Notes: a model not told the origin generated them from the letters alone. A stretch of 25,014 bases of DNA from a virus (IMGVR_UViG_3300005805_000456:1-25014); one strand, 5' to 3'. Counted from the stretch's first letter, positions 16,108 through 25,012 are shown. Numbers and translations are program-made.

Positions 16108-18813
16108 TTACCCGAATTTGAAATAACCGAGTAATTGATTGATTGGTGCAAATGCACCTGTTAATTTATACGTCTTACCCTTAAAGTTGAATACAATACC
16201 TTCGAGTGGGACGATTGATTTCATACCACCAGCGGCTTTTATTCGACTTAATTGTGTTTTAAGAACTTCAAGATCCTTTACATCATTGGATTTTGAAAGT
16301 TTATCAATTGCCATCTTAACATCACTTCGTATCTTCTCAGTTGTTTTTTCTGGATTCAAAGCCATTACATCACTGACATTTTTTAGTATCTCTGCACCAA
16401 ATCTTAGTACGAGTGTTTCGAATGGTTTTATGTTTTTCTTCAATTGATCTTTTAACGTTGTTGAATCTACTTGTTTTGCCCAAGAAAGTAACTCTGGGTT
16501 TTCTATGTTTTTAGAGTTTAGTGAAAACGATTTATCATAGAATGCCCATCTTTTAACAAGACCGTTCATCACAGAATCTTCTACTTTAACACCAAGACGT
16601 TCTGCATTTTTATTGATGTATTTTTCCCACCAACGTTGATGCCACATTCCAAGTGTATCTGAATCTTTACAATTCATTTGTTTTTGTAACTCTGTAATTT
16701 TTGATGTAAAGTATTTCAATCGTTCTCTATAATTCTTTGTTTTGGCAATATTCAAAACTTTTGGTTTTGCAATACTGAATGTCTTTTGTGTATCTTGATT
16801 TACCTGACGGATCATTCCTGCCAAAACTTTTGCATAGTCATTGTAATCTTTAACTTTTTCACCATCTTTATTATACAAAGAAACTCCGTGAAAAACAAGA
16901 TATGCACCATCATAATTTATGACGTTTGCACTCTTTGGGTACATAATTTCAAGATTCATCCACGCAGTTCCATCTTTGAAAATCATACCCTGTTGTTTTT
17001 CAGTTAGTTTTTTAACTGCACTTTCTAAATCTTCAAATGCATATGTGAATGCCTCTTCAATATCACCACGACCTGCAAATTTTGTCTTTATTGACTTGTA
17101 GTCCATACCACCAGATTTTATGTCTCCCTTGTTTCTGGCAGCATATAGTTTACCATTTCTGAATGTTACAAACAAATTTTGTCCGTCTAACTTTTCAGTT
17201 GGATTTCCACTGATTGAAATTTCACCCGATAAACCAAGTTTGAACATCTCTTTTAGATCACCGAACGTAAGACCCATATCTTCAAATGGATGAGTCATGT
17301 GTCCTGCAACTCCACCGCACATAAGTAATTGACGTGCGTCTATTTTATTTGAAGAATTATTTATCAGTTCATATAATTTTTCAGGAGATATTGAATTTTT
17401 GGTAAATTTACTCTCATTGATATGTCTTGGTATCACTTCCAAGTTTGAGTGATGTGATATTATTTCAGGAGATATTCCGTTTTTAAACCCAAATGCAATA
17501 GAAATCTTATGGTCGAGATGATTTTCTCGGCTACGAAGTTTTGCATTGGATATTTCATTGAAATATTTCTGATAAGTATTTTCAGTTAATTCTCGAACTT
17601 CGTTTCTATACGATTCAAATTTTGGAATGTCTTCTTCATTTCTCCAATAACCCAATTCAATCATTCTTTTTTTGTATTCTTCACTATTTCTTATCTTTTT
17701 AAAAGCATCTCTTCTGACTTCTATGAGATCTGGATTATTTGAGTAAGTTTCTTTTAATTTTTCAGATACTTTTTTTCTATTTTCTGGATCATTCATTGAA
17801 TTATTTTTAGAGCACTTTAATCGTGTTTCTTCTTTTACTACTCTATTTTTTGCATTTTTTGAAAAAACTTCTTTAAGTTCCGGCGTGTTCATTTTTGTAA
17901 TATGTTTTTCTCGAACACCTGGTAAATTCATTGGATTTTTTTGTCCATAATTTTTTGCACTCTCACTTACCAATTTAGAATTAGGATATTTTTTAGTGTA
18001 TTCTTCTATTGTCATGTTATGCTTATATTTAAGATGACGATATTGTATTTGTTTCATGGACTCACCACACTCTTCACAAATAACAGTATCTTCTTTTAGA
18101 ACTTCTTCAAATACCTTATCCCAAAACTCACGTTTTACTATTGGGAGTGCCTCGGATTCTTTTCTAAGTTTGCCACGATTTGTATTCATTTTTGAAACAA
18201 CCATGTTAAATATTTCTGGATCAAACCACCCCATTATAGATTTGAATCTTGATTTTAGTTCTGATAATTTTGCACTTCTATCACCCAATGCCTTACGAAT
18301 ATTAGTTCCTGACATTTCACCGAATGATGGTATTTTATATGATACGTGCGGTGCATAGATATAATATGCATATGGATTTTCTAAATCTTTATATGCAACC
18401 GATGTTGTTTTGTTGTATTTCATCAATCGTTTATAACTACTCAATCTACCAGCATCTTTTTCACCAATCATATACACAACCACTGTCTTCTTTGGATCAA
18501 ACTTTTTAAGAAGTTCTTGTGGATTGTATGGATTAATAACTTTAACAATGTTCTTTATACCGTGTTTGTTTATTATTGACTTCTTTTCCTTGAAGTTAAA
18601 CGGAGAACGCTGTGGATCTGTTTTATCAGAGGTGACGATGTATGTATTCTTTTCACCAAATTGTTTGGCTAACCAGTCATAAGAAGCTTTATGATGAGCA
18701 CCCATCGGTTGAAATCGACCCGGATAAATAGCGATTATTGTCTTATCACTTTTTTCAACTTCATTGAAAATTTGAAGTTTTATTTCGTTTACTATTTGTT
18801 CTATAAGTTTCAT
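16108..18813 (-). CDS. Fusion: HxGH-type nucleotidyltransferase-like domain + inserted Zn-finger/HNH endonuclease + KxDG ligase-like domain
   Basis: N-terminal IAIYPGRFQPMGAHH and MSGTNIR (cytidylyltransferase-like). Middle CEEC..H...H and DHKIS...N...N. C-terminal GHMTHPFED, TEKLDGQN, EGIVF, YKLTG (ligase motifs I, IV, V-like). Confidence 0.82.
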   Translation of the reverse strand: MKLIEQIVNEIKLQIFNEVEKSDKTIIAIYPGRFQPMGAHHKASYDWLAKQFGEKNTYIVTSDKTDPQRSPFNFKEKKSIINKHGIKNIVKVINPYNPQELLKKFDPKKTVVVYMIGEKDAGRLSSYKRLMKYNKTTSVAYKDLENPYAYYIYAPHVSYKIPSFGEMSGTNIRKALGDRSAKLSELKSRFKSIMGWFDPEIFNMVVSKMNTNRGKLRKESEALPIVKREFWDKVFEEVLKEDTVICEECGESMKQIQYRHLKYKHNMTIEEYTKKYPNSKLVSESAKNYGQKNPMNLPGVREKHITKMNTPELKEVFSKNAKNRVVKEETRLKCSKNNSMNDPENRKKVSEKLKETYSNNPDLIEVRRDAFKKIRNSEEYKKRMIELGYWRNEEDIPKFESYRNEVRELTENTYQKYFNEISNAKLRSRENHLDHKISIAFGFKNGISPEIISHHSNLEVIPRHINESKFTKNSISPEKLYELINNSSNKIDARQLLMCGGVAGHMTHPFEDMGLTFGDLKEMFKLGLSGEISISGNPTEKLDGQNLFVTFRNGKLYAARNKGDIKSGGMDYKSIKTKFAGRGDIEEAFTYAFEDLESAVKKLTEKQQGMIFKDGTAWMNLEIMYPKSANVINYDGAYLVFHGVSLYNKDGEKVKDYNDYAKVLAGMIRQVNQDTQKTFSIAKPKVLNIAKTKNYRERLKYFTSKITELQKQMNCKDSDTLGMWHQRWWEKYINKNAERLGVKVEDSVMNGLVKRWAFYDKSFSLNSKNIENPELLSWAKQVDSTTLKDQLKKNIKPFETLVLRFGAEILKNVSDVMALNPEKTTEKIRSDVKMAIDKLSKSNDVKDLEVLKTQLSRIKAAGGMKSIVPLEGIVFNFKGKTYKLTGAFAPINQLLGYFKFG
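17341..18087 (-). mobile_element. In-frame HNH homing-endonuclease-like insert (about 249 aa; boundaries approximate)
   Basis: C2H2 finger CEECGESMKQIQYRHLKYKHNMTIEEY; NUMOD3-like helices (KEETRLKCS, PENRKKVSEKLK); HNH core HLDHKISIAFGFKNGISPEIISHHSNLEVIPRHINESK; visibly more AT-rich than the flanks. Confidence 0.75.
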
Positions 18814-18814
18814 A

Positions 18815-19264
18815 TTATAATGGTTTAGATGGCCAAATAATGTTGTTTGGATCTGATTGTGAAGTTATATCTCTGAGTTCTTGACGATAAAATGACCATT
18901 CAGTTTTCTTTTCCGATGATAGTGGTGAATCTGGAAGTTGTGTCCAATCGGATTCTAGAAGTAATCTGTTCCGTTCATTTCTGATGTTTTCCCACTTTTG
19001 ATTTGTTTCTTCTGCAATTTCTGATTCTGTTTTTGGTCTTATTTGTTCATATTGAACAACTTCATTTCCTTCTATAACAAAGGATTGACCTGTCACAACA
19101 TCATTATCAGTTTTCTGTGCAGGAACAAATCGAACAGGAAACCAACCATATGAACGAACTTGTTCATCTTCTAAAAGATAAAAGTTAGAAACATCGGCCC
19201 AATTTCTTGGCAATGGTTGTGGGTATCCTTTTACTTCACCATTTTCAACTAATATATAATCCAC
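18815..19264 (-). CDS. Tail fibre assembly chaperone-like protein
   Basis: C-terminal WENIRNERNRLLLESDWTQLPDSPL...W..YRQELRDIT.Q......WPSKP. Probable start GTG 19264 after GAGGT (alternative ATG 19294). Confidence 0.85.
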   Translation of the reverse strand: MDYILVENGEVKGYPQPLPRNWADVSNFYLLEDEQVRSYGWFPVRFVPAQKTDNDVVTGQSFVIEGNEVVQYEQIRPKTESEIAEETNQKWENIRNERNRLLLESDWTQLPDSPLSSEKKTEWSFYRQELRDITSQSDPNNIIWPSKPL

Positions 19265-19278
19265 TTGAAATACCTCAT

Positions 19279-19314
19279 AAACAAAAAGAGACATATCCTA
19301 TAAATATGTCTCTT
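19279..19314 (-). terminator. Terminator-like hairpin containing the ATATTTAT motif
   Basis: AAGAGACATAT-TTATAGG-ATATGTCTCTT (11-bp perfect stem) followed by TTTGTTT; motif at 19300-19307. Confidence 0.7.
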
Positions 19315-19326
19315 CTTAGATTACCA

Positions 19327-19878
19327 TCAATAATATGATCCGTCTTCTACAACCTCTTTCTTTTTTCGTAAGGCAGCAATACCTTGACCACGCCAATTTA
19401 CATCAACAAGGTCATAGTATTTTAGAGTCATCTGATAGTCGGGTCTGTTGAAATCATGAATAAAAATAATCACGTTCTCATCTATGACTTCCCAAATTGA
19501 TTTTGCACAATATTTTCTTGCTCTACCATCAATAAGGATTTTTGTAAACTTCAACCCTTTTTCTTTTGGATAATTGATGTAATCCTTGAATTGTTCGTAT
19601 CTACATGGAATTGGATTTGGTGAATGAGCGGCTATATGATGTAGTTCAATATTCCTGACATCATAGGCATCTATCACCTTACCCAGCGAGTTTATCCAAT
19701 CAATATCATGTTCAATTGAGATTACCTTTGAAACGATACCCGACCAGTAAAGTGTTGAATTACCACTTCCCCATTCAAGAAGAACATCATCGGGAGTTAG
19801 AAATTTCTCAATGAACTTATACTCCCACTCATTCATAAGTGGTCGGTATGACTCGAATTTATTAGAGGTTGTTATCAT
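19327..19878 (-). CDS. Class I SAM-dependent methyltransferase-like protein (glycan-modifying type)
   Basis: VLLEWGSGNST (motif I), ISIEHD, ILIDGRAR, IFIHDF; AAGGAGGTG upstream of ATG 19878. Confidence 0.8.
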   Translation of the reverse strand: MITTSNKFESYRPLMNEWEYKFIEKFLTPDDVLLEWGSGNSTLYWSGIVSKVISIEHDIDWINSLGKVIDAYDVRNIELHHIAAHSPNPIPCRYEQFKDYINYPKEKGLKFTKILIDGRARKYCAKSIWEVIDENVIIFIHDFNRPDYQMTLKYYDLVDVNWRGQGIAALRKKKEVVEDGSYY

Positions 19879-21460
19879 AAATGTCAAACACCTCCTTTAC
19901 AACTTCGTCAACTTCTGGAATGTAATCGTATAGGGTCTTTCCTTCTGGAATTAGATCAATTGTATCGGTATAAAACTCCGTGTGACGAATTTCTAAGTCA
20001 TCAAGAAGTAATCCCTTACGAAGTGCCTTTGTCTTATAGTATTGTGTCCCATTACGGAAAGGAAGAATGTGATCTTCGTGTTTACACGTTGGTATAGTGA
20101 CAATCCAGTTATCGAATGCACCGGCAATATGAAGTGGTGAAGAATCGTTGGTAAGAAGACAACGGGATAGTGAGATGAGAGAGAATAATTCACCTAATGT
20201 TGTTAGATCTCTGAGGTCGATTCCATCTTTTGGACATTGAATTGGAAGATAACCTTGTTTTTCGTCAATTGTTTTACCGATAAGAACCACTGTTAATTTT
20301 TCAGCTAATTTGTTTACAATTTGTTGCCACCAATCTTGTGGAAGTGTTTTTGATGGCCACCACTTTCCTGCATGAACAACCAATGTTGGTTTATCTTTCT
20401 TCTTACCTTCCAACATATTCAGAACTGACATTGTATCGTCGGCTTCCAACTTCAACTTGATTGTTTTTTCATTATTTGGAATTGTTCGTCTAATCATTGA
20501 CATCGAAGCAAAGTCCGTCGGATGGAAAAGAACGTGAGACATCTTGTGTTCTGCCTGACCAATATCAGGACAACTATGCATTGTTATGAGCGCATCATTG
20601 ATACCTTTCCATTGATCGTAATTGTAAACAGGACATGAAAGGTGATCAAATAAACGAGGAAAATGTGTTACAACGTGAATGTTCGCATCGGGATACATTT
20701 TCTGTGTATATCTGATTGCAGGTTCTGCACAAAGCTGATCGCCCATGCCTGCGGTAACTGATATAAGAATATTTCTCTTATATTCATACTTCGGTGAATC
20801 TTGTTTCCATTGTTCGATGTCTTTCTTCATTACTTCCAATTGCATCTGTTCTGGTGCACCGGCGTAATGAACAATGTAAGAATCTAAACGTGATATACCA
20901 CAGAACTTATCCAAAAGATCCATTCGATTAAACTTGTAATCCAAATCAAACATATCAACACTATCGTTTAGAATACGAAGATTGATATAAGGTTGATCTG
21001 TTTCTACAAAATCAATCCCCTTCGGTAATTTGAAGATTGGTTTGTGAATTCTTGAAATAACCATCACACCTGAATTATAGAATGGTCCTTCCCAATGTTT
21101 TAGTGGTTCCCCATAGTACTCTGATGCCTGTTCAAGATACTCGTATCTTGGTGCATATCTCCCTTCGTTGAACATACCAAGTTTGTTTTCTGGTACTACT
21201 TCAAAAAGGTTTGGTGTATCTTCACGAATAAGAATATCAATATCCAAGTAAATAATTCGTTTGTATTTATTCAACAACTCGTGGATATGAAACTTGTTCC
21301 ACTTTTGTGTAATGTAGTATTTGTTAAATTCATCAATATTCAGAAAGTCGGCACCTATCTTTTTTGCATATGCCTTTATTGAAGGAAGAGAAAGTTCGGC
21401 AACTTTCTTATAGTGGTCTCCGATGGAAATCGTCAATACCAAGTAATCTGATTTTTTCAT
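19862..21460 (-). CDS. Bifunctional glycosyltransferase: GT8-like (GT-A) + GT9-like (GT-B)
   Basis: N-half IIYLDIDILI (DxD), YNSGVMV, DQPYIN, HYAG. C-half GMGDQLC and DLRDLTTLGELFSLISLSRCLLTNDSSPLHIAGA (heptosyltransferase-type signature). Confidence 0.87.
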   Translation of the reverse strand: MKKSDYLVLTISIGDHYKKVAELSLPSIKAYAKKIGADFLNIDEFNKYYITQKWNKFHIHELLNKYKRIIYLDIDILIREDTPNLFEVVPENKLGMFNEGRYAPRYEYLEQASEYYGEPLKHWEGPFYNSGVMVISRIHKPIFKLPKGIDFVETDQPYINLRILNDSVDMFDLDYKFNRMDLLDKFCGISRLDSYIVHYAGAPEQMQLEVMKKDIEQWKQDSPKYEYKRNILISVTAGMGDQLCAEPAIRYTQKMYPDANIHVVTHFPRLFDHLSCPVYNYDQWKGINDALITMHSCPDIGQAEHKMSHVLFHPTDFASMSMIRRTIPNNEKTIKLKLEADDTMSVLNMLEGKKKDKPTLVVHAGKWWPSKTLPQDWWQQIVNKLAEKLTVVLIGKTIDEKQGYLPIQCPKDGIDLRDLTTLGELFSLISLSRCLLTNDSSPLHIAGAFDNWIVTIPTCKHEDHILPFRNGTQYYKTKALRKGLLLDDLEIRHTEFYTDTIDLIPEGKTLYDYIPEVDEVVKEVFDIYDNNL

Positions 21461-21517
21461 AACCTATTTATTCTCAAAATGAAACATAACTTATTAATAT
21501 ACTAATTTTATTGGTAA

Positions 21518-23707
21518 TTACAAATTACAAACTCGCACTGGGGTAAGTATTGTGCCGCCTTCATTTATTCCTAATTCGAGATTCGTATTGTTTCCCCAAG
21601 CCCACGATCTTCCATTTTTATCGATTGCTATTGTATGAACATTACCCGCTGCAATTTGACAAAAGGTTTTTACTGCACCAGCAACAGATACTGGTGTATT
21701 TCTCTGTGTTACCGAATTATCGCCCAGCTGGCCAACGGAGTTTCTTCCCCATGCCCACACTCTTCCATTTTTGTCTATTGCAACGGTATGGCATTGACCT
21801 GCGGATATTTTGCAAAAGGTTTTTGTTGTTCCCAGAATAGCTACGGGTGTACATTGATTTGTTGTTGAGTTGTCACCTAATTGTCCATTATCATTGAGTC
21901 CCCACGACCAAACCCTACCAAGATTATCTATACCGGCACTGTAACGATCTCCTGATGTAATTTCACAGAACACTTTTGTTACGCCAAGAATTGATACAGG
22001 AGTTAGTGCATCTGTTGTTGAATTATTACCAAGTTGTCCACTACTGTTAGATCCCCATGACCAAACTTGTGAATATCTATCTATAGCAACGCTGTGGAAT
22101 GCAGCTGCAGAAATTTTACAGAAAGTTTTTGCTGCACCTAAAACAGATACCGGTGTTCTTTTAGATACTGTTGTATTGTCACCAAGTTGACCCTCTATAT
22201 TTCTACCCCATGACCACAATCTTCCATTTTTATCTATTGCAACTGAATGATCGGTGCCGCCCGCAATTTTACAGAAAGTTTTTGTTGTGCCAAGAACAGA
22301 TACTGGTGTAGCTCTAGTACTGAAATTATTGTCACCAACCGCGCCGTATCCATTTGATCCCCATGCCCATGCTCTTCCATTTTTATCTATGGCAAGTGTA
22401 TGTGAAGCTCCTGTTGAAATTTCACAAAATGTTTTTACTGCACCAGCAACTGATACCGGAGTTTTTTTTGCTATATTTGTATTATCTCCCAATTGAAAAA
22501 TACCATTCCCACCCCATGACCATATTCTACCATTTCGATCTATAACAATTGTATGAGAACCATTAGATTCAATTTTACAGAAAGTTTTTGCCGCACCGAG
22601 AACAGAAACTGGTGTACATTTTGATAGTGATGTATTGTTACCTAACTGATTACTTGATGTATCACCCCATGCCCATACTCTTCCATCTTTATCAACTGCA
22701 ACAGTGTGAGAACCACCTCCTGTAATTTCGCAAAAGGTTTTGACGGCTCCGGCAACAGAAACAGGTGTACGTCTCGATGTTATGGAATTATCTCCAAGTT
22801 GGCCGGATCCATTATCACCCCAAGCCCAAGCTCTTCCATTTTTATCAATTGCAAATGAAGATGCACCTGCACCAGAAATTTTACAGAAGGTTTTTATTGC
22901 TCCTAGAACTGATACCGGTGTATTTCTTTGTGTTGATGAATTATCACCAAGTTGGCCGGCAAAATTAAATCCCCAAGCCCATGCTCTTCCATTTTTATCT
23001 ATTACAATTGTATGATTATTTCCTACGGAAATCTGACAGAAGGTTTTTACTGTACCCAAAACAGATACTGGTGTTAATCTTGAAGTTGTTGAATTGTCAC
23101 CCAATTGACCAGTGGAATTAAATCCCCAACCCCAAGCTCTTCCGTTTTTGTCTATGGCGCTACTATGCTGACTTGCGGCTATTTGACAGAAGGTTTTTAT
23201 TGCACCTCGAACAGAAACTGGTGTATTTTTTTCTAGTGTTGAATTATCACCAAGTTGACCGTTGAAATTGTTTCCCCATGCCCATGCTCTTCCATTTTTA
23301 TCTATGGCAAGTGTGTGTTGGGCTCCACCAGAAATCTGACAGAAAGTTTTTATTGCACCTCGAACAGATACTGGTGTTCTTTTAGAGGATGATGAATTAT
23401 CACCAATTTGTCCAAGGTTATTAGATCCCCAGCCCCAAGCTCTTCCGTTTTTATCTATGGCAAGTGTGTATTGATTACCACTGGAAATTTTGCAGAAAGT
23501 TTTTGCTGCACCTAAAACAGATACCGGTGTACCTCTTAGTGTTATCGAATTATCTCCAATTTGACCTACGGTATTACCGCCCCAACCAAAAGATTTTCCA
23601 GTTGTATCAACTACAATAGTGTGTGTATTACCAGCATCTACTTTTGGCAAAACAACACTAGCAACAACTTTTTTCGCAAATATGGCAACTTGTTTAATAA
23701 ACGGCAT
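21518..23707 (-). CDS. RCC1/BLIP-II repeat protein, 14 repeats (probably two 7-bladed propellers); candidate receptor-binding/fibre protein
   Basis: Repeat of about 51 aa, HTxAIDKNGRAWAWGxNxxGQLGDNSxxxxxTPVSVxGAxKTFCxIxxG; 14 WxWG-type motifs counted. Confidence 0.92.
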   Translation of the reverse strand: MPFIKQVAIFAKKVVASVVLPKVDAGNTHTIVVDTTGKSFGWGGNTVGQIGDNSITLRGTPVSVLGAAKTFCKISSGNQYTLAIDKNGRAWGWGSNNLGQIGDNSSSSKRTPVSVRGAIKTFCQISGGAQHTLAIDKNGRAWAWGNNFNGQLGDNSTLEKNTPVSVRGAIKTFCQIAASQHSSAIDKNGRAWGWGFNSTGQLGDNSTTSRLTPVSVLGTVKTFCQISVGNNHTIVIDKNGRAWAWGFNFAGQLGDNSSTQRNTPVSVLGAIKTFCKISGAGASSFAIDKNGRAWAWGDNGSGQLGDNSITSRRTPVSVAGAVKTFCEITGGGSHTVAVDKDGRVWAWGDTSSNQLGNNTSLSKCTPVSVLGAAKTFCKIESNGSHTIVIDRNGRIWSWGGNGIFQLGDNTNIAKKTPVSVAGAVKTFCEISTGASHTLAIDKNGRAWAWGSNGYGAVGDNNFSTRATPVSVLGTTKTFCKIAGGTDHSVAIDKNGRLWSWGRNIEGQLGDNTTVSKRTPVSVLGAAKTFCKISAAAFHSVAIDRYSQVWSWGSNSSGQLGNNSTTDALTPVSILGVTKVFCEITSGDRYSAGIDNLGRVWSWGLNDNGQLGDNSTTNQCTPVAILGTTKTFCKISAGQCHTVAIDKNGRVWAWGRNSVGQLGDNSVTQRNTPVSVAGAVKTFCQIAAGNVHTIAIDKNGRSWAWGNNTNLELGINEGGTILTPVRVCNL
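21540..23640. repeat. Degenerate coding tandem repeat of about 153 bp (14 units)
   Basis: Recurrent gctcttccattttt(a/g)tctat and gaattatcacc blocks at about 150-153 bp spacing. Confidence 0.9.
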
Positions 23708-23718
23708 AACTCATTACC

Positions 23719-24078
23719 TCAATAATTTTGTCCACCTGTGAATCCTAGCCAGTTTGTTCCACCATTTAGAGTTAGAAACGTAAATACATCTTGTTTATTT
23801 GCAGTGGATGTAAGAGTTGGTGCAGTTCCACCAGACCACGTAACGGCAGTTCCCCACGTTACTGAACGAGCTGTTCCGTCTGCGGTAAATATAAGTGTAA
23901 ATGCGGTTGATCCAGATGGTACACCACCTACCGAAAATGTTGTTATTGCACCATTTAATGATACAAGAAACGTGGTTGATCCTGTTAAATTTAATGTAAG
24001 AGTTCCTGTGCTTATAACAGCACTTGAACTAAATTCACTTAATCTATCTACACCAAATAGGTCGGTTTTCCAAGGCAT
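23719..24078 (-). CDS. Small tail-fibre-associated beta-sandwich protein
   Basis: FTLIFTADGTARSVTWGTAVTWSGGTAPTLTSTANKQDVFTF...GGQNY, a module I recognise from phage fibre genes; start ATG 24078 after AGGAG. Confidence 0.75.
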   Translation of the reverse strand: MPWKTDLFGVDRLSEFSSSAVISTGTLTLNLTGSTTFLVSLNGAITTFSVGGVPSGSTAFTLIFTADGTARSVTWGTAVTWSGGTAPTLTSTANKQDVFTFLTLNGGTNWLGFTGGQNY

Positions 24079-24088
24079 AATATTACTC

Positions 24089-25012
24089 CTATCCACTCAC
24101 TTGAATAATTTTTATAACTGCGTTCCAATAAATAGTTTTAAGTGTTTCAAACGGATTTTGAACATTTATTACCAATCCACCATTAACTCCAACGGTAGCA
24201 ACCCAGTCCTGCCCTGCGGTTGGTGCAAAAATTTGACGTACTGTTGGTTGGTCTAAAGATGTAATATTATTATTATTGTTAAATATAGCACCTTCAATCC
24301 AAAAAGCTGCACTTTCATTATCTGCATCTTGTCTTCTTGCAACAACGTAAGCACTAAACATCCATGTTGTATCATTAGGAATGATAAGTACTTGTGGAGC
24401 GTTTGGTAAAGCAAATGTTAACGATCTTTGATTAGTATCAGTAGTACTTCCCGATGCGTGTATTTTGTACTCTGGATATGATCCATTAAAATCCCCAACT
24501 TGTGCATTAGTTGCCGGTACAAATTGTGGTGAGTAAAATGATCCTATAACACCAGGTGCAAGTAAATGCGATCGTTGAGGACCGCCACCTGATCGTTTTA
24601 ATGAAATTTCAGTCTGTCCCCATTGGTTTGCATTAGTATGATCTGTCCAATAATAATCTAAATAACCAACTGATGTGTTTTCGGCAGTAGATGTTTCTGA
24701 TTCAAAATCAATACCAACACCAAAGCTTCGAGTTACGTTACCAGTTGAATTATTTATAAGATTTAAATTTCTATTAAGTAATCCAGCTGTACTAGATGAA
24801 ATTGTTAGAATTCCACTTGTTAATGTTAAATTTATAGATGCAGTGGCTGCATTTGTTGTACCATCCGATATTATCACACGGCTACCGCTTGCATTACTTA
24901 TTGTATTAAATCCAGAACCAGCTGCCCCTGATGATCCTGAAGAACCAGATGTTCCTGCGGCTCCTGCAGCACCTGCAGCACCTGAAGTTCCAGATGATCC
25001 CGAAGAACCAGA
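24089..25012 (-). CDS. Collagen-like (G-S-S/G-T-S/G-A-A) fibre protein, 5'-truncated
   Basis: The frame stays open upstream of the ORF-track start 24877 to the window end: SGSSGSSGTSGAAGAAGAAGTSGSSGSSGAAGSG; beta-rich C-terminal domains follow. Confidence 0.8.
   Translation of the reverse strand, partial: SGSSGSSGTSGAAGAAGAAGTSGSSGSSGAAGSGFNTISNASGSRVIISDGTTNAATASINLTLTSGILTISSSTAGLLNRNLNLINNSTGNVTRSFGVGIDFESETSTAENTSVGYLDYYWTDHTNANQWGQTEISLKRSGGGPQRSHLLAPGVIGSFYSPQFVPATNAQVGDFNGSYPEYKIHASGSTTDTNQRSLTFALPNAPQVLIIPNDTTWMFSAYVVARRQDADNESAAFWIEGAIFNNNNNITSLDQPTVRQIFAPTAGQDWVATVGVNGGLVINVQNPFETLKTIYWNAVIKIIQVSG

Noticed and set aside
15503-16447. Plus-strand ORFs of 163 and 102 aa
   Set aside because: Antisense to convincing genes, with no motifs and weak starts.
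17341-18087. Intein or group I intron
   Set aside because: No Hint blocks or HN-[CST] junction; the insert is fully coding and very AT-rich with no recognisable paired core or frame-restoring U/G splice sites. This was judged by eye only.
21518-23707. Diversity-generating retroelement TR/VR pair
   Set aside because: No reverse transcriptase in the window, and I saw no adenine-specific mismatch pattern or non-coding template copy.
21550-24256. Plus-strand ORFs over the RCC1 and fibre genes
   Set aside because: Antisense shadows of repetitive coding sequence.
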